A stretch of DNA of 64,000 nt from Armatimonadota bacterium (GTDB taxonomy: Bacteria; Armatimonadota; Fimbriimonadia; Fimbriimonadales; GBS-DC), in assembly GCA_037444405.1 (NCBI GenBank), contig JBBIML010000018.1, forward strand, positions 1 to 64,000, written 5' to 3'. This document shows positions 48,161 through 60,816 of this stretch, in pieces. The notes beneath the pieces are model-generated. The model was given only the letters and a program-made list of their open reading frames with translations. It had not been told where the DNA came from and did no database searches. A program made the position numbers and the translations under genes. Each line of letters begins with the position of its first letter. Positions within the stretch are counted from its first letter, which is position 1.

Positions 48161-49275
48161 CGCACAGCAACCTCCGCCTGCACAAAGTCGCGAATCGCCT
48201 CCGCAACGAAGGCGATCTGGTCTTCGGTGAGTTCGGAGTGGATGGGGATGGACAGCACTTCCTGCGCGGCGCGCTCGGCGTGCGGGAACGCGCCCGCCTC
48301 ATAGCCCAGGAAGCGATAGGCGGGCTGAAGGTGCAGCGGCAACGGGTAGTAGACCGCGCTCTCGATACCCCGTTCGCGCAGATGTTCGCGCAGCTGGTCG
48401 CGCCGCGCATGGCGAATGGTGAACTGGTGATAGACATGGTAGTTATAAGGTGCAGCGAAGGGCAGCCCGATATCGGTGTCCTCTAACAGCGCGCGATAGA
48501 GTGCGGCATGATAGCGGCGGCGGTCGGTCCAGTCGTTCAGGTGGCGCAGTTTCACGCGCAGGATCACCGCCTGCAGCTCGTCCAGTCGGCTGGTGTAGCC
48601 GATGTCTTCGTAGTAGTAGCCGCCGTTCATGCCATGCACGCGCAGGCTGCGCACCTTGCGGGCGATGGTTTCATCATGGGTGATGACCATGCCGCCGTCG
48701 CCCGCGCCGCCGATGTTCTTGGTGGGGAAGAAGCTGAGCGTGGCGGCATGCGCGAAGGTGCCTATCGGCTGACCGTGATGGGTCGCGCCGATTGCCTGCG
48801 CCGCGTCTTCGATCAGCCACAGCCCATGCCGATCGGCGATCTCACGCAGCGCCTGCATCTCCGCCGATTGACCGTACAGATCAACGGGCAGGATGGCGCG
48901 CGTGCGCGGCGTGATCGCGCGTTCCACCTGGTCAGGGTCAAGGTTGTAGGTGAGGGGATCGATATCCACGAAAACGGGTCGTGCGCCCAGCAGCACCACC
49001 ACTTCGGCTGTGGAGACGAAGGTGAAGGGCGTGGTGATGACCTCGTCGCCGGATGCGATGCCGATCGCTCGCAGGGTGAGCTTGATGGCGTCCGTGCCCG
49101 AGTTCACCCCGACGGCATAAGGCGCGTGGCAGAGCGTGGCAATCTCCTGCTCCAGCGCATGCACATGCTCGCCCAGCACATAGCGCCCGCTCTCCAGCAC
49201 CGCGTGGAGCAACGGCTCCACTTCCGCCTGAATCCGGCGGTACTGACTGCCTAAATCTGCCATCCTGACTTGCAA
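48157..49275 (-). CDS. DegT/DnrJ/EryC1/StrS PLP aminotransferase
   Basis: NSGTDA, IEDAAQA, SFFPTKN and SRLDELQA. Confidence 0.92.
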   Translation of the reverse strand: MQVRMADLGSQYRRIQAEVEPLLHAVLESGRYVLGEHVHALEQEIATLCHAPYAVGVNSGTDAIKLTLRAIGIASGDEVITTPFTFVSTAEVVVLLGARPVFVDIDPLTYNLDPDQVERAITPRTRAILPVDLYGQSAEMQALREIADRHGLWLIEDAAQAIGATHHGQPIGTFAHAATLSFFPTKNIGGAGDGGMVITHDETIARKVRSLRVHGMNGGYYYEDIGYTSRLDELQAVILRVKLRHLNDWTDRRRYHAALYRALLEDTDIGLPFAAPYNYHVYHQFTIRHARRDQLREHLRERGIESAVYYPLPLHLQPAYRFLGYEAGAFPHAERAAQEVLSIPIHSELTEDQIAFVAEAIRDFVQAEVAVR

Positions 49276-49364
49276 GGTGCGATACCTCCCTGTCGCCTCA
49301 AAAACGCCGCCCGTTTCGGCGGAGCTTTTGATTCGAACTCATCGGGCATAGTATACCTTACCGT

Positions 49365-50486
49365 TCAGGCGTGGTTTGAGTCGTTCACCACCGAAGCAAT
49401 CTGGCTCAGATAGTTCTCGCTGGCGCCGTAGCGGGTGATAACATCGTAGGAGAAGAGGCAGAATCCGCGTGTGCCGAGCCGTCGCATGGCGCGGATTTTG
49501 TTGATGGTGCTTTCGGGTGTGATTCGCCACGCGCCGATGCCCCCAATCACGGGGCGACCTGCCGCCGCCTGCAACGCCAGCTCTATCTGGCGGATGACCA
49601 CGCCCGTGTCGGTGTCATACGCCATCGGCAGCACGGTGTCCAGCCAGTCGCGGCGCAGCCAGAGCGTCCAGTTCTGCAGTTTGCGCCGATACGCGCTGAG
49701 CGGGTTGGGATAGACCGCCGCCGACAGAATCAGGCTGGGATTGATTCGGCGGGTTTGCTGGGCGAAGGCTTTCACGAAGGCGTCCACCTGCTCGCGGCGC
49801 CAGTCGTTCCACTCGGCGGGGAACGCCTGCGTCCACGCCAGCGGATTGCGCAGCGCCTTGCGGTCTAACTCGCGCCGTCGCTGCTCACTCACCTGCGGGG
49901 CGATCGAGGCGCGGAACCGGGCGCGACAACCTTCGCAATAGCAGTAGCCCTCATAAGGGTAGCGTACATAGTCGAGATGGATGCCGTCCAGCGCGGGGTA
50001 GTTGCGGGCAACCTCGGCGAACACTTGGAGCAGGTGCGCCCGCACCTCGGGATTGCTGGGGCACAGGTAGACGCCCTCCACGCGCCCTGCGGTGGTCATC
50101 TGATAGCGGTTGCGTCCGTCGCGGGCGATCCAGCGGCTCGCGCGGCTGACCACATGCAGGGGGCTGCGCGGCGGCTGCGGGCGGCTCCAGACATAATAGA
50201 CATTCAGCCACGCATGCACCATCAGCCCCGCCGCCCGCGCCCGCTCCAGCAGGTAGCCGAGCGGGTCGAAGCTGGCGGGCTGGTTCGCCAGCGCCTCCGC
50301 GCGCGGCTCGTAGCTGGAGCGATAGTAGGCGTCGCCCCGCCCGCGCACCTGCACCAACAGCGTGTTGAACCCGTACGCCCGCGATAGCTCCACCACGCGC
50401 TCAATCGCCTGCGGTGAAACCATCGAGGTGCGCACCACCCACAGCGCGCGCACCTCCGCCGGCAACCGCTCCCGTGCCGTATCCAT
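49365..50486 (-). CDS. Glycosyl hydrolase-like 10 (DUF187/YddW) protein
   Basis: EVRALWV, VQVRGRGDAYY, VHAWLN, DGIHLDYVRYP and PMAY; start uncertain. Confidence 0.82.
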   Translation of the reverse strand: MDTARERLPAEVRALWVVRTSMVSPQAIERVVELSRAYGFNTLLVQVRGRGDAYYRSSYEPRAEALANQPASFDPLGYLLERARAAGLMVHAWLNVYYVWSRPQPPRSPLHVVSRASRWIARDGRNRYQMTTAGRVEGVYLCPSNPEVRAHLLQVFAEVARNYPALDGIHLDYVRYPYEGYCYCEGCRARFRASIAPQVSEQRRRELDRKALRNPLAWTQAFPAEWNDWRREQVDAFVKAFAQQTRRINPSLILSAAVYPNPLSAYRRKLQNWTLWLRRDWLDTVLPMAYDTDTGVVIRQIELALQAAAGRPVIGGIGAWRITPESTINKIRAMRRLGTRGFCLFSYDVITRYGASENYLSQIASVVNDSNHA

Positions 50487-50571
50487 CCTGACCCAATAGA
50501 ATACCCCCTGCAAAGAGGTGTACTGCCTTTCGGACAGGGAAGATCAGATGGCAAGCGGAACCTTACCCGCA

Positions 50572-50874
50572 CTACGGTGAACCCCCTGCCATCTCTCTCA
50601 GCATAACGAGCATGAGCAGCGCTCCAGAAACGACGAGGTGCAGAATCATCAACACGGTGGCGATGATTCCCAGAATGCGACCTGCAACGACCAGCCCTCG
50701 ATCGATGGGGTTGCCGATTCCCGCATCGATCTCGCGCAACGCATTGTTGCCCATACTCCATGCCACGGGTCCAAGAAGATTGCAGCAGACCAAGCTCAAA
50801 ATACCCAGCACCAGTATCAGAGTTGCAGTCGCGCGAATTAAAAACTTAACATTCGGGCTGCTTCCGTTCGACAT
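50572..50874 (-). CDS. Small 2-TM membrane protein (DUF4190-like)
   Basis: LILVLGILSLVCC..GPVAW..G and AGRILGII; GGAGG SD before MSNGS. Confidence 0.7.
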   Translation of the reverse strand: MSNGSSPNVKFLIRATATLILVLGILSLVCCNLLGPVAWSMGNNALREIDAGIGNPIDRGLVVAGRILGIIATVLMILHLVVSGALLMLVMLREMAGGSP

Positions 50875-51119
50875 GTCAGTACCTCCTGCGAGGATTTCGG
50901 TTCGCAGGAGCGACGGCGAACCCTGCTTAAGTGCCTCAAAGGGAGTGGACGCCCCTTGATTTTTAGCCCCGCCATGTGCTACAATATAGGTGGGGAGGGA
51001 ACCCATGCAGGCACTTTCCCGATAATAGGGCATGGGAGCCGATTCCCCAGAGAAAATAGCGGAGGTCGTATGGAAATAATCTATCAGAACGGCGGTTGTG
51101 CCGCGATGGAGGGTCGAGA

Positions 51120-53612
<2,493 letters not shown>

Positions 53613-53630
53613 AGCGCTCGCTGGAGGTTC

Positions 53631-53668
53631 AGCGCTGCTGAAGATTGGCTTCAGCAGCGCTATTTTTT
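53631..53668 (+). terminator. Intrinsic terminator after clpC
   Basis: 13-bp stem AGCGCTGCTGAAG/CTTCAGCAGCGCT followed by ATTTTTT. Confidence 0.85.
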
Positions 53669-55973
53669 ATCGGTGGCGGAAGGCGAGCAGGCGCAAGCCG
53701 TTTAGCACCACCAGCAGCGTGCTGCCCTCGTGCCCGATCACACCGAGCGGCAGGCGCAGTCCCGCCACGAAGGTCAGCACAATCAGCAGCACGATCACCG
53801 CCGTCGCGAAGACGATATTCTGCTTGAGGATTCGCATCGCGTGGCGACTGAGCGCGACGGCGTATGGGAGATTATTCAAATCGTTGCCCACGAGGGCGAC
53901 ATCGGCGGTTTCGAGGGCGGCATCGGTGCCCGCGCCCATCGCGATGCCCACCTCAGCGGCGGCTAAGGCGGGCGCGTCGTTCACGCCGTCGCCGACCATC
54001 GCCACCGCGCCGCACTCCTGCGCCAGGCGTTTCAGCACCTGCAGTTTCTCATCGGGCAGAAGGTCGGCGTAGACCCGCTCGATGCCCGTTTGCCGGGCGA
54101 CGGCGCGCGCAATCGGCTCCGCATCACCCGTGAGCATCGCGATACAGGGTATTCCAAGCGCTTTCAGTTGTTGCACGGCGGGCGCCGCATCGGGGCGCAC
54201 TTGATCGGCGACCGCTGCCACCCCCAGCGGGCGAATGGACGCGTCAGGCTGGTCAGCAGGCGTACAGGCAATCAGCACCGCCGTCTTGCCCGCGTCGCGC
54301 AGGGTCTGGATGAGCCGACGCGCTTCAGAAGGCACTTCCTCAAACAAGCGCAGGTTGCCAATCAGAATCGCCCTCTCGCCTCGAATCGCTCGCACGCCCC
54401 TGCCAGGCAACGCCTCGAATGCCTCCACCGGCTGAGGCTGGTAGCCGCGCGCCTGCGCCGCCTGCACCAGCGCCTGCGCAATCGGATGCTCCGAGAGCGA
54501 TTCTACATCGGCGATGCTCTGCCACAGCTCCGATTCGGGCGTGTCGCCTATCGGCATCAGGTCGGTGAACACCAGTTTGCCCTCGGTGAGCGTGCCTGTT
54601 TTGTCGATGGCTATCGCCTGCACGCTTGCCAGCCGTTCGATGGGTTCGCCGCCTTTGAATAAGATGCCGCGTCGGGCAGCGTTGGCGATGGCGGAGAGCA
54701 GGGTGGCAGGCGTGCTGATGACCAGTGCGCAGGGCGAGGCGACGACGAGCAGCGTCATGGCGCGATAGAAGGCGTCGGCGAACGCCCAGCCGAGCAAGGG
54801 CAGCCCCAGCGCGACGAGCGCGGCGCCGCCCAGCACTGTTAGTGCGTAGCGCTGCTCGAACTGTTCCAGCCATCGCTGCGAGCGCGCCTTCTGCTCCTGC
54901 GCCTCCTCCACCAATCGCAAGATGCGCTGGAGCAGGGTCTCGCTTACAGGATGCTGAACCTCAATCTCCAGGATGCCGCTGGTGTTAATCGTGCCCGCGA
55001 ACACCTGCGAGCCAGCGGTTTTAGCGACGGGCACCGATTCGCCCGTGATGGGCGACTGATCCACATGCGATTCGCCGCGCAACACGATGCCATCGGTCGG
55101 GATTCGCTCGCCAGGTCGCACCAGCACGCGCTCGCCCCGTTGCAGCTCTTCGGCGGGCACGACCTGCTCGCCCTCATCGGTGAGCCGTGTGGCTAAATCG
55201 GGCTGGAGCGCCATCAGTGCCCGCACCGCCTGCCGACTGCGCATCAGCGCGTAATTTTGCAGGGTGTTCGAAAGTGAGAAGAGGAACAGCAGAGTGGCGC
55301 CTTCGGCGGCTTCGCCCACCAGCGCGGCGCCAATCGCTGCCAGCAACATCAGCAGGTTCACATCCAGACGCCGCTCGCGCAGGGTTTTCCAGCCGTCCAG
55401 CGTGCCGAAGGAGCCGCCAGCGAGATAGGCAATCCCATAGGCGATCGTGGCAAGCGCCGATGCATCCGCTCGACTTGCCAGCCCGCCCAGAATGAGCATC
55501 AGCAGGTTGATGGCGGTCAGTGCTGGCTCCCAGAAGGCGCGCGTGCGCCAGCGTGGGGCGGACGGCTCGGCGGGTTTTACGCGGCGCACAAGTCGTCCTG
55601 CGGCAGGCGTGGAATCGGTTCGCTCGACGGTCAGCACGCGCCCGTCGAACGAGGCGTGATAGATGGAACCGTTCAGTCGCCACTGCTTGCCGTGCTGTTG
55701 CACACTGGGGCACTCCTCGCAGACGCCACCTTGTGGGTCGCGCAGGGCGCAGGTCGGCACGCGCTCGCCCAGCGCCTGTATCAGCGGCTCCACGCTCCGC
55801 TGCGCCTCGTCCGCGCGCAGGCGGTCGCCGTCATATTCGACCTCCACCTTATCCTGCTGATAGTCGTAGCGGATGCGCTGCAGGGCGGGTTGATGCGCCA
55901 GCAGCCGCGCCATCTCGTCGGAGCAGGAGTCCGACTCCGCCCGGCGTTTCTGCCACCATCGAATCGGGTTCAC
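53667..55973 (-). CDS. P1B-4-type heavy-metal P-type ATPase (PfeT/ZosA-like)
   Basis: TGES, SPC in the metal helix, DKTGT, GDGVND and HEGST. Confidence 0.9.
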   Translation of the reverse strand: MNPIRWWQKRRAESDSCSDEMARLLAHQPALQRIRYDYQQDKVEVEYDGDRLRADEAQRSVEPLIQALGERVPTCALRDPQGGVCEECPSVQQHGKQWRLNGSIYHASFDGRVLTVERTDSTPAAGRLVRRVKPAEPSAPRWRTRAFWEPALTAINLLMLILGGLASRADASALATIAYGIAYLAGGSFGTLDGWKTLRERRLDVNLLMLLAAIGAALVGEAAEGATLLFLFSLSNTLQNYALMRSRQAVRALMALQPDLATRLTDEGEQVVPAEELQRGERVLVRPGERIPTDGIVLRGESHVDQSPITGESVPVAKTAGSQVFAGTINTSGILEIEVQHPVSETLLQRILRLVEEAQEQKARSQRWLEQFEQRYALTVLGGAALVALGLPLLGWAFADAFYRAMTLLVVASPCALVISTPATLLSAIANAARRGILFKGGEPIERLASVQAIAIDKTGTLTEGKLVFTDLMPIGDTPESELWQSIADVESLSEHPIAQALVQAAQARGYQPQPVEAFEALPGRGVRAIRGERAILIGNLRLFEEVPSEARRLIQTLRDAGKTAVLIACTPADQPDASIRPLGVAAVADQVRPDAAPAVQQLKALGIPCIAMLTGDAEPIARAVARQTGIERVYADLLPDEKLQVLKRLAQECGAVAMVGDGVNDAPALAAAEVGIAMGAGTDAALETADVALVGNDLNNLPYAVALSRHAMRILKQNIVFATAVIVLLIVLTFVAGLRLPLGVIGHEGSTLLVVLNGLRLLAFRHR

Positions 55974-56425
55974 CGCGTACCTCCGTTCGATTGTTCCATA
56001 GCTGTGCGCTCACCGTTGCGGCAGCGGGGGCACAGCCCGTAGTAGACGATTCGCGCGCCCTGAATCTCGTAGCCCGAGCGCGCCGCCACACGCTGACCCA
56101 CCTGTTCGATAGCCTCATCTTCATAATCGCTCACATGATGGCAACGCATGCAAACCAGATTGATGTGCGGAGTGAGATCGGCGTCGAAGTGTTCGCTGCC
56201 GTCGCCCGCATCACCCAGCGTATGCACCAGCCCCAGCTGCTTCAGCACATCGAGCGTCTTGTAGACGGTCGCCAGGCTGAGCGTGGGGAACTGGGGCAGC
56301 AGCGCGTGATAGATCATCGAGGCTGTCGGATGGTCTTTGCTTTCGGTAAGCAGGCGGCAGATAGCCACGCGCTGGGGTGTCAGGCGCAGCCCCGCCCGCT
56401 TCAGCCCCTCTATGAGGGGATTCAT
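55970..56425 (-). CDS. Fur family regulator (PerR-like)
   Basis: RLTPQR, HPTA, SLATVY, H..C..C and CPRC; GTGA overlap with the ATPase. Confidence 0.9.
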   Translation of the reverse strand: MNPLIEGLKRAGLRLTPQRVAICRLLTESKDHPTASMIYHALLPQFPTLSLATVYKTLDVLKQLGLVHTLGDAGDGSEHFDADLTPHINLVCMRCHHVSDYEDEAIEQVGQRVAARSGYEIQGARIVYYGLCPRCRNGERTAMEQSNGGTR

Positions 56426-56441
56426 CGCCATCACCTCCGTC

Positions 56442-56458
56442 TGGATAACCATTTTCCA
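56442..56458. promoter_or_regulatory. Candidate Fur/Per box
   Basis: Imperfect palindrome TGGATAACCATTTTCCA between the TTGACA-N18-TATAAT promoter and the SD. Confidence 0.5.
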
Positions 56459-56729
56459 CAGCGAATTATACTCCATTTCGGACAGCCGTGTCAAGGGGGC
56501 GAACAAATCCGCTCCAGAAAGCAGGATTCCTGCAAAGGGCGTCGTATTTTATAAACGGCAGGGACATGCGCGCCGTTCGTGAAAAATTTAACGGCACGGC
56601 GGTGAACCCATCCGCGTCGAACTGTGATATAATAGATAGGACGACGCAGGAACTTGCTGGCAGCGCGTGCCGTATCTATCGAAGGAGCGTCTTAATTGGG
56701 ACGCAGGCGACGGACAGGCGCGGCATTAA

Positions 56730-56747
56730 TTGTGAAATCGGTCACAA
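56730..56747. promoter_or_regulatory. Rex operator / CRP-type palindrome
   Basis: TTGTGAA-ATCG-GTCACAA has one mismatch to the Rex consensus TTGTGAAnnnnTTCACAA and an exact TGTGA-N6-TCACA core. Confidence 0.65.
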
Positions 56748-56778
56748 AATGGCGCCACTGGTCAGGAGGTGATGTCAA

Positions 56779-58122
56779 TTGCCGATATTGGATGAGGAAA
56801 CCGAAATGCTCGTAGAATCGCAGGCGGTTGCCCGTGTGGGGCGGACGGGGCATGAGATGCCCTATCCCGACCCGCTCGAGCTGGAAGATGAGAGCCTGAG
56901 CCTGGAGGAGGTCGAACCGATTGATGAGGAACTGACCTCCATCGGGCTGGCTGGCATCGGGGTCGACGAAGAGCTGGACGAGGAACCCGATTTCTGGGGT
57001 GGCGTGGACGAGGAGACCCCGCATGAGGACGACAGCGTCGATGTGGAGCTCTGGATGCTCCAGAGCCGCCGCTCGCAGCTGCTGACCCCAGAGGAGGAGA
57101 TTCATTACGCCCAGCAGGTGCAGGAGGGCGAGCGCCTGCTGCGCATCCGACGCGAACTTGCTGAAAAGCGCAAAGTGCCACCCGAGCAGATCAGCGAGGA
57201 AGAGTGGGCGCAGGCAGCAGGACTGCCGCCCTACGAGCTTGCCTTCCGCATGGAAGAGGCGGACGAAGCCAAACGCAAGCTCATCGAGTCCAACCTGCGG
57301 CTGGTGGTCAGCGTCGCCAAGCGATATGGCGCACGGGGGATGTCAATCGCAGACCTGATTCAGGAAGGTAATCTGGGACTGATTCGCGCCGTCGAGAAGT
57401 TCGACCCGAACCGCGGCTTCCGCTTCAGCACCTACGCCACCTGGTGGATTCGCCGCGCGATTGCCCGTGCCATCATCAATCACGGGCGCACCATCCGAAT
57501 CCCCGTCTATGTGGCGGAGCTGATTAACCGCGTCATCAAGACGGAGCAGCGACTGCAACAGATTCTGCAGCGGGAGCCGACCGACGAGGAGATTGCCGAA
57601 GAGATTGCGCGTGAGCGGGCGGCGCAGGAGCTGCTGCAGATGCTGGGGCGCATGCCGACCGAAGAGGAGATTCGGCGCCACATGCCTAAAGTGAAGCGGC
57701 ACATCACGCCCGAGCGCGTGCGCGAGATGCGGCGCGCATCGATTGAGCCAATCTCCATCGAAAGCCCCGTCGGCGAACGGGAGAACGCCACACTCGGCGA
57801 GTTCATCCCGTCGCAGGACATACCCACACCCGCCGACGCGCTGGAGCGGCTCATCCTGCGCGAGCAGATCGAAATGATCCTCCAGAAGCTGCAGCCGAAG
57901 GAGCGCGAGGTGGTGCGCCTGCGCTTCGGGCTGGACGACGGGCATCAGCGCACGCTCGAAGAGGTCGGCGCCGCGCTGGGCATCACCCGCGAGCGCGTGC
58001 GCCAGCTCGAACTGCGTGCCATGCGCAAACTGCGCCAGATCGGCGAACGCATCGAGGACCTGCGTCGCAGCAAAGGGCTGGAACTCGAAGAAGCGCTCGC
58101 CGAAATCGGTGAGATTCAGTAG
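56779..58122 (+). CDS. rpoD: RpoD/SigA-type sigma70 factor
   Basis: Acidic N-terminus, [37 protein letters not shown] and TRERVRQLE. Confidence 0.85.
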   Translation: MPILDEETEMLVESQAVARVGRTGHEMPYPDPLELEDESLSLEEVEPIDEELTSIGLAGIGVDEELDEEPDFWGGVDEETPHEDDSVDVELWMLQSRRSQLLTPEEEIHYAQQVQEGERLLRIRRELAEKRKVPPEQISEEEWAQAAGLPPYELAFRMEEADEAKRKLIESNLRLVVSVAKRYGARGMSIADLIQEGNLGLIRAVEKFDPNRGFRFSTYATWWIRRAIARAIINHGRTIRIPVYVAELINRVIKTEQRLQQILQREPTDEEIAEEIARERAAQELLQMLGRMPTEEEIRRHMPKVKRHITPERVREMRRASIEPISIESPVGERENATLGEFIPSQDIPTPADALERLILREQIEMILQKLQPKEREVVRLRFGLDDGHQRTLEEVGAALGITRERVRQLELRAMRKLRQIGERIEDLRRSKGLELEEALAEIGEIQ

Positions 58123-58124
58123 CG

Positions 58125-58871
58125 ATGATGACCGAGACGCGCGTGCCGACACCGACCTTAGAACGACTCGCCACCTACCTGCGAGTGCTGCTCGATGCGC
58201 GCGAGGCGGGGCTGGAAACGCTTTCGTCACGCGACATCGAGCGGTTCTGCGGCATCAGCGCCGCCCAGTTCCGTAAAGACCTCTCCTACTTCGGCGAGTT
58301 CGGCAAGCCCGGCGTCGGCTATTCCACGCAGCAACTCATTGAGTGCATCGAGCGCATTCTGCGCCTGGATCGGGAGCAACCGATGCTGCTGGTGGGCGCG
58401 GGCAATCTGGGCGCGGCGCTGGTCGGCTACCCCAACTTCCGCGCCCACCGATTCCGCATCGCCGCCGTGTTCGATAACAACTTCGTCAAGATTGGACGAC
58501 CGTTCGGCGAGCTGATCATTGAAGACATCGCCCGGCTCAAAGAGGTGAACGCGCAGATTGGGGCGCAGATCGCGATTATCGCCGTGCCCGCCAGCGCAGC
58601 GCAGGAGGTCGCTGACCAGCTGGTGGAGGCAGGCATTCGCGCGATTTTGAACTTCGCGCCCACCAGCCTCAAAGTGCCCCCTCATGTGCATGTGCGCAAT
58701 GTCTCGTTCCTGCAGGAGCTGGCGGTGCTGTCGTACCATCTGGCGCAGGAACCGTCCCCGTGGGAGCGCGACACAGAACACGCACTAACTGACGGGTGCG
58801 TGAGTAATCAGCGGGCAGCGAACAGCAGACGCACGCGCACCACCCGCAAGCAGACGGGCGCACGCCGGTAG
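58125..58871 (+). CDS. rex: Redox-sensing repressor Rex
   Basis: RLATYLR, FRKDLSYFGEFG..GVGY, GAGNLG and ILNFAP. Confidence 0.95.
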   Translation: MMTETRVPTPTLERLATYLRVLLDAREAGLETLSSRDIERFCGISAAQFRKDLSYFGEFGKPGVGYSTQQLIECIERILRLDREQPMLLVGAGNLGAALVGYPNFRAHRFRIAAVFDNNFVKIGRPFGELIIEDIARLKEVNAQIGAQIAIIAVPASAAQEVADQLVEAGIRAILNFAPTSLKVPPHVHVRNVSFLQELAVLSYHLAQEPSPWERDTEHALTDGCVSNQRAANSRRTRTTRKQTGARR

Positions 58872-58882
58872 GGAGCCAGAGC

Positions 58883-60523
58883 ATGGAGTACGACTACCTC
58901 GTGCTGGGCAGCGGCATCGCAGGACTGACCTTCGCCCTGAATGTCGCCCCAAGCGGCTCCGTCGCCGTCATCACCAAAAAACAGCGCTCCGAATCGAACA
59001 CCAACTACGCACAGGGCGGTATCGCTGCCGCGCTCGGCGCCGACGACTCGTGGGAACTGCACATGCAGGACACGCTCGTGGCGGGCGCGGGGCTATGCGA
59101 CCCGGAAGCGGTGGAGGTGTTGACCCGTAACGCCCCCCGCATGGTACAGTGGCTCGTCGAGCTGGGCGCAGAATTCGATACCAATCCGGACGGCACGCTC
59201 GCGCTGGGACGCGAAGGCGGGCACTCGCGCAACCGAATCGTGCATGCCGCCGACCATACCGGCGCCGAGATCGAGCGCACGCTGCTGCGCGCCGTGCGAC
59301 CCCTGCCCTCCGTCACCCTGCTGGAGCATTATTTCGTGCTGGATTTGATAATAGAGGGCGACGCCTGCGTCGGCGTGCAGGTGCTGGATACCCTGACTGG
59401 TGATCTATTTGAGATTCGGGCGAAGGCAGTGCTGCTGGCGACGGGCGGCTGCGGGACGGTCTATCTGCACATGAGCAACCCTGCGATTGCCACTGGCGAC
59501 GGCATCGCGATGGGCTGGCGCGCGGGCGCCGTCATCGCCAATATGGAGTTCATCCAGTTCCATCCCACCACGCTTTATGTGCCTGAGCCGGAGGCGCAGG
59601 CGTTCCTGATTTCGGAGGCGGTGCGGGGTGAGGGCGGCATCCTCAAGCGGCGCGACGGCTACCGATTCATGCCCGATTATGACCCGCGCGCCGAGTTAGC
59701 CCCACGCGATATTGTCGCCCGCGCCATCGACGCCGAGCTGAAAAAGACGGGCGACCCGTTCGTCTATCTGGACATCACCCATCTCGACGCCGACTTTATC
59801 CGTCAGCGGTTCCCCACCATCTATCAGCGGTGCCTGCAGGCTGGCATCGACATCACGCGCGAGCCGATCCCGGTGGTGCCGGCGGCACACTATGTGTGTG
59901 GGGGCGTGTGGACAGACTTATGGGGTCGTACGACGGTGCGGCGGCTCTATGCCTGTGGCGAGGTTGCCTGCACGGGGGTGCATGGCGCGAATCGGCTGGC
60001 GAGCAACTCGCTGCTGGAGGCGCTGGTGTTCGCCGAGCGAGCAGCCCAGCACGCCATGACGCGCCTGGACGAGCCACCCCCGATCCCCCGCCCCACACCA
60101 GTCGCCCTGCCAGACCCTGCTCAGTTGCTCGCTGAAACCGACTCACCACCTCCGCTTGACTGGAACGACACGCGCCTGCGCGTTCGACAGCTGATGCAGT
60201 CGAAGGTGGGCATCGTGCGCTCGGTGGCGCGATTGCAGGAGGCACACGCCGAACTTGAAACCATCCTGCGCCGCATTGAGCAGGCGTTCCGTCGCCAGAC
60301 GCCAACAGTTCTCGCCAGCGAAACGCGCAATATCGCCACCTGCGCGTGGTTAATCACCGAATGTGCCCTGCGCCGACATGAGAGCCGCGGGTTGCACGCG
60401 GTGCTGGACTACCCCGATACCCGCGCAGAGCTGGCTTATCCGACGGTGATCGTGCGCCATGAAAAAGGTGGACTGCATTCTGCGCCCGCACAAGCTGGAG
60501 GAGGTCAAAACCGCCCTCAGTGA
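58883..60523 (+). CDS. nadB: L-aspartate oxidase
   Basis: GSGIAG, AQGGIA, EGGHS, QFHPT, SEAVRGEG, HY.CGG and GVHGANRLASNSL. Confidence 0.93.
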   Translation: MEYDYLVLGSGIAGLTFALNVAPSGSVAVITKKQRSESNTNYAQGGIAAALGADDSWELHMQDTLVAGAGLCDPEAVEVLTRNAPRMVQWLVELGAEFDTNPDGTLALGREGGHSRNRIVHAADHTGAEIERTLLRAVRPLPSVTLLEHYFVLDLIIEGDACVGVQVLDTLTGDLFEIRAKAVLLATGGCGTVYLHMSNPAIATGDGIAMGWRAGAVIANMEFIQFHPTTLYVPEPEAQAFLISEAVRGEGGILKRRDGYRFMPDYDPRAELAPRDIVARAIDAELKKTGDPFVYLDITHLDADFIRQRFPTIYQRCLQAGIDITREPIPVVPAAHYVCGGVWTDLWGRTTVRRLYACGEVACTGVHGANRLASNSLLEALVFAERAAQHAMTRLDEPPPIPRPTPVALPDPAQLLAETDSPPPLDWNDTRLRVRQLMQSKVGIVRSVARLQEAHAELETILRRIEQAFRRQTPTVLASETRNIATCAWLITECALRRHESRGLHAVLDYPDTRAELAYPTVIVRHEKGGLHSAPAQAGGGQNRPQ

Positions 60524-60791
60524 GCTGGGCATCACGGGACTGACGGTCAGCGAGGTGCGCGGCTGTGGCAGCTCTCCGCCCGAAAGCCCCTTCGGCGACG
60601 AGGTGCTGATTCGGCTGCCCGTGCGCCTGCGCCTGGAGATGGTCGTGCCCGATGAAATGGTCGAACCCGTGATTGAGACCATTCTGCACCATGCGCGCAC
60701 GGGTCAGCCCGACGACGGCAAGATTTTCGTGACGCCGTATGAAGACGCCATCCGCATCCGCACCGAAGAGCGTGGTGACGCGGCTCTTTAA
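60459..60791 (+). CDS. PII family signal protein with non-canonical T-loop
   Basis: RPHKLEEVK, GLTVSEVRG, DGKIFV and RIRT; lacks Q39/Y51 equivalents. Confidence 0.88.
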   Translation: MKKVDCILRPHKLEEVKTALSELGITGLTVSEVRGCGSSPPESPFGDEVLIRLPVRLRLEMVVPDEMVEPVIETILHHARTGQPDDGKIFVTPYEDAIRIRTEERGDAAL

Positions 60792-60816
60792 ACAGAGCAG
60801 GTAAGATAGTGCCGCT

